DNA of 64,000 nucleotides from a bacterium (lineage in GTDB: Bacteria; UBP6; UBA1177): contig JAEESW010000001.1 of the NCBI GenBank assembly GCA_016290135.1, forward strand, positions 55,565 to 119,564, written 5' to 3'. Below the pieces are notes generated by a model. The model made no database searches, was not told the origin of the DNA, and saw only the letters and a list, made by a program, of their open reading frames with translations. Shown here in pieces: positions 37,666 to 48,100 of the stretch (position 1 is the first letter of the stretch; each line of letters starts with the position of its first letter). A program made the translations under genes and the position numbers.

Positions 37666-39636
37666 ATGAATAAATTTACAACTGTTTTTTCTCTTGTTTT
37701 TGCGGCTTTTCTGGTTTCGTGCGTCGACACGGGCAAGGTGGAAGGGCCGATAGAAATCACGAACAATGTCACAGACTGGCGCGACGAGGTGATCTATCAG
37801 CTTATCACTGACCGCTTTGCCGACGGCGACGTCAACAACAACTACAATGTCAACAAAAAGTCGCTCACATCCTGGAACGGCGGCGATTTTCAGGGTATAA
37901 TCGACAACATCGACTACCTCAAAAAGCTCGGCGTTACGGCGCTCTGGATAAGCCCTGTCGTCAAAAATGTCGATTCGGACGCGGGAATCGCAGGCTATCA
38001 CGGTTACTGGACGCAGAATTTCAAGGCGGTGAACCCTCACTTCGGAGATCTGGCGAAACTGCGCGAAATGATTCAGATCCTCCACGAAAACGACATAAAA
38101 GTCATTCTCGATATCGTTGCGAACCACGTCGGACAGCTTTTCTACTACGATATGAACAAGAACGACCAGCCCGACGAAATGGTCATGGGCAGCGACATGA
38201 CATGCGACGCTTACTGCGGCCACATCACCGGCGTTGAAGACGAAGCTGTCAAAAATCAGATCTGCTCTCAGGAATATTCACGCGAAAGCATTTCGTGGCT
38301 TCCAGAGGATGGTGACTGCTACTCGAACTGCGTCTGGAGATGCAAAAACGAGGAATATCCGCAGAAAATGGGGATCGTCCGCTACAGCGAATGGGACCCC
38401 GACTTCGATCCGCGCAAGATCCGCTCCTTCTCCGATGCGGGAGAGTCTGGTATCGCGCCGATAAAGTGGGTATATATGCCTGAGATCAACCGTGTTCCGC
38501 CGGAGCCGGCAGAATTTCACAACGACGACTGGTACAACAGAATGGGCAGGACTGTCACCTGGGACAGCCGCTATCAGGTCGTAAAAGGCGATTTCCCCGG
38601 CGGTCTCAAAGACCTTGACACGACGAGGACCGATGTAAGGAACGCGCTCATTTCGGTCTTCCAGTACTGGATCGGCGCGCTTGATATCGACGGTTTCAGA
38701 GTCGATACGATAAAACATGTCGAGCACGAGTTCTGGCAGGTCTTCACTCCGGCAATGAGAAACTACGCGAAAAGCATAGGCAAGGAAAACTTCTTCATTT
38801 TCGGAGAGGCTTTCGACGGTGACGATGTCCTTCTCGGCAGCTTCACGCAGAATGACGAGATGGATTCTGTTTTTTATTTTTCCCAGAAATTTCAGGTATT
38901 TGATTCTATTTTTAAGTGGGGCAACGCAACAAAGAATTTCGAAGGGCTTTTCAACGAAAGGTGGAACAAACACCGCGACGGATCTGCTCTCGGAGAGGGC
39001 GAATCGCCGCGTTACGGCACGGTCTCGGGCGTAAAAGACGCCGACGGGAACATACTCTCTCCGCAGAGGATCATGGTCAATTTCATGGATAACCACGATC
39101 TGCCGCGCTTCCTCTACGAGCAGCCCGACAAAAACGCTCTCAAAAATGCTCTTTCGCTGATGTTCACGATGGACGGAATCCCGTGCATCTACTACGGAAC
39201 AGAGCAGAATTTCAGCGGCGGCAACGATCCGGCGAACCGCGAAGCCCTCTGGACAAGCGGATATGACACCGAAAACGAGACTTTCCGCCACATTTCGAGC
39301 GTTGCGGCTCTTCGTGCGAAGTATGCTCCGCTGCGCCGCGGCGATCTGAATATCGTCTGGACGACAGACCACACCGGCGAAGAGAGCGATGCCGGGATAC
39401 TTGCTTTTGAAAGAGTCTACAAAAACGAAAGGATGCTCGTCGTCATCAACACGAACAAGGAACACGCGTCCAGGACTTCGTTTGAAGGAACGGCAATGAA
39501 AACGAATTTCGCGGCAGGGACCGGTTTGGTGAATGTTTTCCCAGGCTCTGACGGAAAAAGTGTTTCTGTTTCATCCGACGGAACGCTTGATATAGAACTT
39601 CCCGCACAGACAGCAGCAGTTTTCGCTGTAAAATAG
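37666..39636 (+). CDS. GH13 alpha-amylase-family glycoside hydrolase, lipoprotein
   Basis: Lipobox 'FLVSC'. GH13 regions are 'DIVANH', 'DGFRVDTIKH', 'FGEAFD' and 'FMDNHD'. Confidence 0.85.
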   Translation: MNKFTTVFSLVFAAFLVSCVDTGKVEGPIEITNNVTDWRDEVIYQLITDRFADGDVNNNYNVNKKSLTSWNGGDFQGIIDNIDYLKKLGVTALWISPVVKNVDSDAGIAGYHGYWTQNFKAVNPHFGDLAKLREMIQILHENDIKVILDIVANHVGQLFYYDMNKNDQPDEMVMGSDMTCDAYCGHITGVEDEAVKNQICSQEYSRESISWLPEDGDCYSNCVWRCKNEEYPQKMGIVRYSEWDPDFDPRKIRSFSDAGESGIAPIKWVYMPEINRVPPEPAEFHNDDWYNRMGRTVTWDSRYQVVKGDFPGGLKDLDTTRTDVRNALISVFQYWIGALDIDGFRVDTIKHVEHEFWQVFTPAMRNYAKSIGKENFFIFGEAFDGDDVLLGSFTQNDEMDSVFYFSQKFQVFDSIFKWGNATKNFEGLFNERWNKHRDGSALGEGESPRYGTVSGVKDADGNILSPQRIMVNFMDNHDLPRFLYEQPDKNALKNALSLMFTMDGIPCIYYGTEQNFSGGNDPANREALWTSGYDTENETFRHISSVAALRAKYAPLRRGDLNIVWTTDHTGEESDAGILAFERVYKNERMLVVINTNKEHASRTSFEGTAMKTNFAAGTGLVNVFPGSDGKSVSVSSDGTLDIELPAQTAAVFAVK

Positions 39637-39640
39637 TCGT

Positions 39641-40615
39641 ATGGCTCTCAAAAAAAATCTCAAAATCGCAATAAGTTTCATTATTGTCGCAGTTCTTTTT
39701 TTCCTTCTTTTCAGAAAACTTGATTTCGAGCTTTTTGAAAAATATCTGGCTGAAGGCAATAAACTTCTGATTTTATTGGGAGTTTTTGTTTATCTTTCTT
39801 CGTTTGCAGTCCGCGCTTTACGCTGGAAGGTGCTGCTCAAGCATATCGGGAATTTCAAAGTCCGTGAACTTGCGCCGGTAATTGTGGCAGGTTACGCTGT
39901 AAACAACGTCCTTCCTGTCAGAATCGGAGAGATAGTCCGGGCTGCGATCGCGGGAAAACTGTTCAAAATCAGTATTCCGGCGACTTTTGCTTCGGTTTTT
40001 GTCGAGCGCATTTTTGACGGTCTCACCATCGCGCTCATTCTTTCAGTCACCATTTTTTTCTATCCTTTTCAGGAAAATATGAAAATGCTTGCATGGGGCG
40101 CGTCGCTTTTTTTCGCCCTTTTGTTCCTGTTTGCCCTTGTTTCGGCATTTTCGCCGAAACCCCTCGCGTTCGTGCAGTTCATCCGCTCCAAAGCACCGAA
40201 ATTTTCGATGCCTCTTTTCGATTTTGCCGAAAAATTCCTCAAAGGCGCGGCATCGCTCGACTCTTGGCAGAAGATTTTTGCGACATTTTTTTTGAGCCTG
40301 GGTGTCTGGGCTTTTGAACTTGCGGTCTATCTTCTGATCTCGGCCGCTTTCGGAGTCAGGATCCCGTTCGTCGGCTGCCTTGTCATGCTCTGCGCCGCGA
40401 ATCTCGGGATGCTTGCGGCCCCGACACCTGCAGGACTCGGCGTTTTTCAAGGGGCGATCGTTTTTGCACTTGAATCGTTCAATGTTCCTTACGAACAGCG
40501 GATGGCGGTCGCCCTGATACTGCACGCCGCACAGATAGTTCCGACAACGGTCATCGGCTTCATCTGGATCTGGGTGAAAAATCTTAGTGTCGGCGCGCCG
40601 GGAACAGTGTCGTAA
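39641..40615 (+). CDS. Flippase-like membrane protein (UPF0104, lysyl-phosphatidylglycerol-synthase TM-region family)
   Basis: 324 aa with about 8 TM helices. 'RALRWKVLL' and 'NNVLPVRIGEIVRA' are typical of this family. Confidence 0.65.
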   Translation: MALKKNLKIAISFIIVAVLFFLLFRKLDFELFEKYLAEGNKLLILLGVFVYLSSFAVRALRWKVLLKHIGNFKVRELAPVIVAGYAVNNVLPVRIGEIVRAAIAGKLFKISIPATFASVFVERIFDGLTIALILSVTIFFYPFQENMKMLAWGASLFFALLFLFALVSAFSPKPLAFVQFIRSKAPKFSMPLFDFAEKFLKGAASLDSWQKIFATFFLSLGVWAFELAVYLLISAAFGVRIPFVGCLVMLCAANLGMLAAPTPAGLGVFQGAIVFALESFNVPYEQRMAVALILHAAQIVPTTVIGFIWIWVKNLSVGAPGTVS

Positions 40616-40669
40616 TATCGATATTTCGAAATTTCGATATACCGACGGCGCGAATCGATAATAACGTTA

Positions 40670-41323
40670 TCACGATTTTCCAGGACAGATTTTTTTCAGC
40701 GGGCATCTTTCGCATTCGTGCTTTGTCGGCCTGCAGACAGTCTGACCGAGCGTGACGAGTTCCTGATTTATTTCTTTCCAGTATTTTTTCGGGAGAGTCT
40801 TTTTGAGTTCGACACGCGTTTCTTCGGGCGTTTTGGTTTCGACGAGCCCCCACATGTTCGAAATGCGGTGAACGTGGGTATCGACGCAGATCTCGTATCT
40901 GTCGAAAGCCTTGATGAGAACAAGAGATGCCGTTTTCACGCCGACTCCGGGAAGAGTCGTGAGCTCCTCAAGAGTCTGCGGGACTTCTCCGCCGAATCTG
41001 TCAACTATGTCAGCCGCCAGTTTTTTGAGGTTTTCCGCTTTCGTCCTGTAAAAACCGACGGGATAGATGAGTTCCGCGAGCTCTTCGACTGAAAGTTCCG
41101 CCGTTTTTTCAGGTGTATCGGCTTTGGCAAAAAGCGATCTCGACGCTTTTGTAGTAACTGCGTCCTTGGTCCGCGCCGAAAGCATGGTCGAAGCGAGAAG
41201 TTTCCACGGAGAGTCGTGTCCTGCCGCCATCAGGTCTATGACAGGCGCGTAGTCAAGTCCTTTCACCCAGATCCTAAGTGCGGCAAAGGCCTGATCTATC
41301 GGGATTTGCGGGATCTTTTTCAT
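40670..41323 (-). CDS. Endonuclease III-like HhH-GPD DNA glycosylase with a [4Fe-4S] cluster
   Basis: 'LPGVGVKTASLVL' (HhH), 'VDTHVHR' and the C-terminal 'CRPTKHECERCPLKKIC' (C-x6-C-x2-C-x5-C). Confidence 0.8.
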   Translation of the reverse strand: MKKIPQIPIDQAFAALRIWVKGLDYAPVIDLMAAGHDSPWKLLASTMLSARTKDAVTTKASRSLFAKADTPEKTAELSVEELAELIYPVGFYRTKAENLKKLAADIVDRFGGEVPQTLEELTTLPGVGVKTASLVLIKAFDRYEICVDTHVHRISNMWGLVETKTPEETRVELKKTLPKKYWKEINQELVTLGQTVCRPTKHECERCPLKKICPGKS

Positions 41324-41958
41324 CTTTTCGCCGATCTTTCCTTGTCGGAAAGCCAGTGAGAGATCTTTGAAACGATGATGTCGATCGCGACTGAATTTTG
41401 TCCGCCTTCAGGAATGACGAGGTCGGCAAAGCGCATCGTCGGCTTGACGAAATCGCGGTAAGCCGGGCGGACCATCGTGAAATAGCGCTCTCTGATCTCT
41501 TCGAACGAGCGGCCGCGCTGCTCCATGTCGCGCCTGATCCTCCGCATGAGACGGATGTCGGCGTCTGTGTCGACGAAAATCTTGATATCGAGCATATCGC
41601 GGACCTTTTCATCGTGGAAAGTCATGATCCCTTCAAGAACGATGATGTCGGCCGGTTCGATGAGCTCGGTCTCCTGTTTTCTTGAATGCGTCACGAAATC
41701 GTAGATAGGCTTGTGCACCGCTTTGTTCGCCTTCAGATCCTGAAGCTGCTGCCTGAGAAGCGGAAAATCGATCGCGGCGGGAACGTCGTAGTTGTTTTTC
41801 TCGCGCTCGGCAAGAGTTTTGCCCGACAAATCGTTGTAGTAGCTGTCCATTTCGATGATGACTACTCTTTCATCATTCGAAAAAGCCTGTTTGATGTTCT
41901 TCGCAACGGTCGTTTTTCCCGAACCGGATCCGCCTGCGATCCCGATAAAAAGCGGCAT
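41320..41958 (-). CDS. udk: Uridine kinase
   Basis: 'IGIAGGSGSGKTT' P-loop and 'VLEGI' with downstream Udk-like motifs. Start taken at the ATG (41958) preceded by GGAGGAG; the ORF is open to 41997. Confidence 0.85.
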   Translation of the reverse strand: MPLFIGIAGGSGSGKTTVAKNIKQAFSNDERVVIIEMDSYYNDLSGKTLAEREKNNYDVPAAIDFPLLRQQLQDLKANKAVHKPIYDFVTHSRKQETELIEPADIIVLEGIMTFHDEKVRDMLDIKIFVDTDADIRLMRRIRRDMEQRGRSFEEIRERYFTMVRPAYRDFVKPTMRFADLVIPEGGQNSVAIDIIVSKISHWLSDKERSAKR

Positions 41959-42026
41959 AATCTCCTCCATCAAAAATCCAAGGTTAATATACGGCACAAA
42001 GTTCGTTTTTCAATAAAAGTTTAATT

Positions 42027-42054
42027 TTGCCATTTTAAACCTGTTTATTATACT
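42027..42054 (+). promoter_or_regulatory. Putative sigma70-type promoter of the giant lipoprotein gene
   Basis: TTGCCA (42027-42032), 16-nt spacer, TATACT (42049-42054). Confidence 0.45.
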
Positions 42055-42102
42055 AGTCCGTGCTTTTTTAAAGATGATTGTTTTTTAATATAGGAGCTTG
42101 AG

Positions 42103-45100
42103 ATGAGAAAGATTTTTTGTGTACTTGTACTGTTATGTTCAATGTTTTTCATGCTGAGCTGCGGCGGCGGCAGCACGGAAAACACGCCGGCACAAGACGG
42201 TGACGCAGTAAGCGACGAAGATGCCGTCACGGACGAAGATCAGACCGACACTGAAAACACCGATACAGACGATACCGGCGATACGGTTGACGACACTTCC
42301 GACACGGAAGAACCTGATGGCGACACAGACAGCGGTGACAACAACAAGAAGCAGGGCGAGCTTTACGGCAGGTGCTATCCGAACAAAACCTGCAACGAAG
42401 GGCTTGAGTGCGATGAAGAAAACGATACATGCATAAAAAAGCAGAAAGACGATTCCGACACTTCCGATACAACTGACGACACCGACACTTCCGATACAAC
42501 TGACGATTCCGACTCAGACACTTCGGATACCGGAACAACGGATAACGATATACCGGGCGGTGACAATGATAACGAAACTCCTGACAACGACACTCCTGAA
42601 AATCTTGAAGCAACCGAAAACCACAAAATCAGCGGTTCATACCAGATCGGCAGCAATGTTTCGGGAATCGAGACAGCCCTTTATGAATGCGGCGGAACCG
42701 AAAAAATTGCTTACGGAAACACTGACACAAAAGGAAAATACAGTTTCAATGCTGCGATTTCGGCAACGAAGACTTACTGCGTAAAAGCGGGAGATTTTGC
42801 AAGCTGTTTCATTGGTATGAGCGACCACACGGCGAACATTTCGGAAATCACGAACGCGGTTGCACTCGTCAATTCTGACTGCTCTGATTTAAGAGCAGGT
42901 GAAACAAAAATCAGAAAATACGCAAAACTGGGAACCGGCGAATGGCTGGGCGAGCTCGATTACTCGAAACTTTCCGGCATCAAAGAAGGGCTCAAACTTC
43001 TTTCAAACTATCTCAACACGACAAACAGTAAAACGCTTTCTTCAAAAATAGCTGAAGATGCAAAGAAAGAAACTCCTGAATTCGCGAAATTCTTCAACGG
43101 TTTCAGGGTTTTTGCCGATAAGGCAGAAATAATCATAGGTGAAACCTCTGACAGCAGTGCAAATTTTGCTGTTGAAGGCGGCAGCACCAAAGTTGCACAG
43201 GGCTTCAAAATCCAGTGGACTTTGAAAAACAAATCGGCTGAAGCCGCTGTCTACAAATTCACAACTTCCGCTCCCGGCGAATATGTTGCAAGAGCAAAAC
43301 TCGTTTACAGCGGCACCACCCTTTCAGATGATTCAACAAGCGTTCTTTTCCTTCAGAGAAAGAGCGGCGGCACAGTTTATCTGAATAATAAATCGAAAAA
43401 TATTTCGTTCAGAATCGATGACGGTATTTACGGCGTCATTCCTAAGAATACTGTTGTTAAAAAGAACGGAAGTCCTGTAAATTCAATTAGTTACGATGTT
43501 CTCTCGGCAGGCGGGAATCAGGTTTCGCGTCTTAAATTTTATCCTGAAGGCGCAGTTTTCGAGGGCGACACGATGTACTTTGTCCACGAGCTCGGCACTG
43601 TTTTCGGCGGCGACCCGATTATGCTTTCGGCAAAGAGAACAAACGCAAACGGCACAGTCGATGTGCTCAATTCCGCGGCGGGCGACCCGATTATGATGGC
43701 TGCGGCAGGAGATCCCATCATGACAACAGCTGCCGGTGACCCGATCATGCAGGCTGCTGCGGGCGATCCGATTATGACTTCGGCTGCCGGTGATCCGATC
43801 ATGACGGCTGCGGCAGGAGACCCGATTATGACTTCGGCAGCGGGCGACCCCATAATGACCTCAGCTGCCGGCGATCCTATAATGTCGGCTGCGGCAGGCG
43901 ACCCGATCATGACAAGTGCGGCAGGTGACCCGATTATGACGAGCGCAGCAGGTGATCCGATCATGATGGGAACAAGCTCAAGTGCCATGATTTCCCAGAC
44001 AGGCCACTACTCAACATTCACGGTTGAAGCGGCATCCCTTCCTGTTTCAGTTGAAGCTATGGTTGCAAGATGGTGCGACGGCTCATTCTACCGCGGATAT
44101 TCACCTCTTGAGTTCATAAAAAAAGGTGTAACGGACAACAATCCTGAAAGCACTCTTCTTCCGTATCTCACCTGCGAAAAGTTCGGTGATCTCGGAAACG
44201 ACCTTTACGAGCTTATGAACAAACAGATCGGCTTCCAGAGAAACCTCAATCTTTTCGAGAACCTTTTCTTTGTAAACGAGTTCTACAACCGCATGAATGC
44301 AAAGCGTGAAAGCGGTGCAGTTGCTGCGGTTAAGAACGGTCTTGAATTGCGTAGCGCAATAGCTGCTCTCTACACGGCAACGACTTCCTACAACAGAAGC
44401 ACGACTCTTGCCTACATGTTTGATTCGTCAATGATTCCCCTGACTTACAGCGGCGTAATTCCTGAAGATTATACGTCAAAGGCAAAGAGTGCAGTCACCG
44501 GAAATTCAGATTCGGGTGATAAATACACCGCAACGAAGAAAGAAATGATGATTTTTGCGAACTACATCACAACTTCTTCAAAAGGACCGGACTTCAACAA
44601 CGTTTCCTCTGTTCTTAATCCTGACCAGCTTGTCTGCGCATGGTTCAATCCCGACACACCTGCCCAGAACTGCAACAAGGTTTACACAATCAACGATGCA
44701 GGTCATGTAACTTTGGGCGGAACAGAAGTAAGCGTAGCAGAAGCCAATGCAATCTTTACAAAATACTTCATGCCGATGAACAGCAGACTCAGTGATTCAG
44801 AAAAACTCGACCTTTTCAGAACGCTCTACCTCGCACTCAAATACGCTGGAACAATATTCTATAACGGCAGCGACATCGAAGAGCTCAACGGAAAACTTCT
44901 CAAAACTGCATACCTTGTTTTTGACGGAATTGACGGCAACGCAAAAGCAGTCAGCATAGTTGATTCTTTCGACGCTTCTGCTCACACGGTGCAGGTTCTT
45001 GACGGCAATGAAATGGCGACAAGACCTTACATCCAGAAGCTGAGCACACTCACTGATCAGATTTCACTCAAAGTTGCTGCATCGAGTGCAGATGTTGAAA

Positions 45101-48100
45101 AAGTTCTAATCAGCATCGAAGGAAAAGAATTTGAAAAAGTTCAGGAAAATACGAGGACTTACTACAAACAAACCGGTGATCTCAAGGAAAAATCTATAAT
45201 TCTCACTCCCGGCACACTTTCGCAGGGCGAAAAGGCTCTCAAAGACCTTCTTGGCAGCGAAAATGTCGATTCACTCGGCAACATCACCGGAAAAATGACG
45301 ATAGTCGCTAACTCCAAGATCTCGAACAAAACCTATTCGACTCAGAAAACCTACGAGTTCTTCGTCAACAATGACGGTGACGGCGTCAATTCAAAGGAAG
45401 TTCCGGCAGATCTCGAGATTTTTGTCAATGATTCAACAGGTCATCCGGTTCCCGACAATGCAAATCCGATGATAATCCTGAATCCCGGCAACAAGGTTTA
45501 CTATCCTGTTGACGGCAGAGTCAGCATAGAAAACCTTACTCCTGCGGCATACACAGTTGATGCATTTGCTGACGGATATTATGCAAAGAGCACAAGCGTA
45601 AATGTTCCTGCCGGCGCAGCATTCAGCGTTGAGATCAGGCTTGACGAAGAGCTTACAAGCACAGCTGATGCTAGCCTTGAGCTTTCTGTAACAATTGATA
45701 CGGCAAAACATCCGTCGAAAGTTTACATCCAGATTTACAACGACGACATGGAACTTGTTGCAAACGAAGCGGCTAAATTCAGCGATGAAACCGGCACTTA
45801 CAAAAATGTAAATATTGAAATCAATTCAGGCAGATACACACTTCTCGCAGTAGGTGAAGAGCTTTACAATTACCTTGAAGCAATCACGCTTTACGAAGGT
45901 GCAAACACTAAGGAAATCAAGGTTGTAGCAAAGAACGCATGCGGAAACGGCATAGTCGATTCAGCAGAAGAGTGCGAACCGGCACTTGCAGCTCCTGTTT
46001 CCTGCGGAACGATCTATCCGGCTTCGACCCATCCTGAAAAAACTGCGACATGTGATCCGAATACATGCACGTTTGACAAGCAGGAATGCGGAAAAGCGGC
46101 ATACTGCGGCGACGGCATCCTTGATGCAGGCGAAGGCTGTGACGGCGGAGCAAAAGACTGCTCAGAAATAGCAGGCTTCGGCAATTCAAGAGGCACGGCA
46201 CCGTGCAAAAATGACGACTGCTCGGGTTACATCACTGCAAACAACTGTACAAGAACGACAGCTTCATGCGGAACACTTCCTGCAAACGCACAGTGGAATG
46301 ACGGCGAAGGGACATTTGCACAGACTTATGACGGCACAGACTGGGCTCCTACTGCAAAAGCGGCTAACTACGGTCTCACAACGGAAGAATGCACATCCTC
46401 GTGCACAAAAGGCTACAAGTGGAGCGGCAGCCAGTGCCTTGAAAGCCCGCTTTCACTTGCACTTGTCTGCACAGGTGAAACCGATTGCTTCGACAGCAGC
46501 TCAGCAACCGAATGTCCTGCTTACGGAGAGGCATTCTTCGGTCAGGACGCACAGTATGCAGAAAACGGCTACTGCACGAAGCACGACTTCACGACAAGCG
46601 GCAGCGGTGACAACCAGATTGTAAAAGACAAGTTTACGCACTACGAGTGGCAGGCGGTTTCATCAGGCAATGTTACCTGGTCAGAAGCCGAAACATACTG
46701 CTCGCGTCTTGAAAACGGCAGTTCGACGGCAGTCTGGAGAGTTCCGACGCCGGCAGAGTTGCTCACAATTGTTGACAGCAGCAATGCAAGCCCGGCACTT
46801 GACAACAACTACTTCACTGTTTCGGGTCACACATTCTGGGCAAGTGAAGATAAGAAAAATACGGAAAACGCTTGGAGAATTGATGAAAACGGTGCACTGA
46901 CAAGTGTTGCAAAAACGGAAAGCCATCATGTTCTCTGCGTAAGAGTAAATGACTACGATGCAACTGAAAACCGCTTCACTGCAACTGATGAGACTGTAAA
47001 AGATAATGAGAGCGGCTTAATGTGGCAGAAACAGGCGGTTGCTTCAAGAACATGGGCAGAAGCTCTCAACTACTGCGAAGAAGTTTCCATGGCAGACAAG
47101 TTTGACTGGAGACTCCCGAACAGAAACGAACTTGCGTCCCTTGTTGACTACACGAAAGCAAACGGCACAATGAGTGATTTCCCGTCAATAGCTGCAAAAG
47201 GTTTCTGGGCTTCGACAACAGATATCAATGCAGCGTCAAAGGCATGGACAGTCGATTTTGCAGACGGAAGCATCAAATCCGCAGATAAGACTGACACGAA
47301 GTACATAATATGCGTAAGAAACGACGAGCCGTGCTTCGGCGATGAATGCGCTGATCCGTGCGGCTTTGCTCCATGCAAAAACATGGCAAATTCGACAGGT
47401 CTCTGCACGGCAGGCGACTACGATTTCACATGCGGCTGCAAATCGGGCTTCAACTGGAACCACGCAAAGTGTCTCCTTGACACGACAAGATATGTTGCAT
47501 GTGACGGTCTGCCTGAAAACGCGATCTGGAACACCGTTTTCGGTATCAGCCAGACTTATGACGGCGACAAATGGTATCCGAGCAATATCGGTACATTCAA
47601 CAAGATTTCAAGCAACGTTGAATGCCGCTTTGTCTGCGCAACCAACTACAAATGGGATGCAGATGAAGAAAAATGTCTTCCGGTTTCAAGAGTTGCGAAC
47701 TGCTCTGAAAAGAAACCCTACTCCGACTGGAACGTAGTTTACAAGATCTCTCAGACATGGGACGGCGAAAAGTGGGAACCTTCGGCAGAATCTGAATACA
47801 ACCCTGAATCAAGCGAAGAAGAATGCCGCTTTGTATGTAAGGAACACTACAACTGGGACAGCGAAAACAATCTCTGCGATCCTGAGAGACAGCCGGCGGC
47901 ATGTACAGGACTTCCTGCAAACGCAGTCTGGAACAGCGCTACGATAGAGCAGACATGGAACGGCACGTCTTGGGCACCGACAGCAACAGGAACCCACACA
48001 ACCGGCAATGCAACCGACAAATGCTATTTCAAGTGCATTGACGAAGGTGACAAGTACGAATGGAAAAACGGCGCATGTTCCGCGAAACCGAAAACGGCTC

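Noticed and set aside
43539-43988. 149-aa minus-strand ORF with 'IGSPAA' repeats.
   Set aside because: It is the mirror image of the AAGDPIMTS repeat region of the giant plus-strand gene, not an independent gene.
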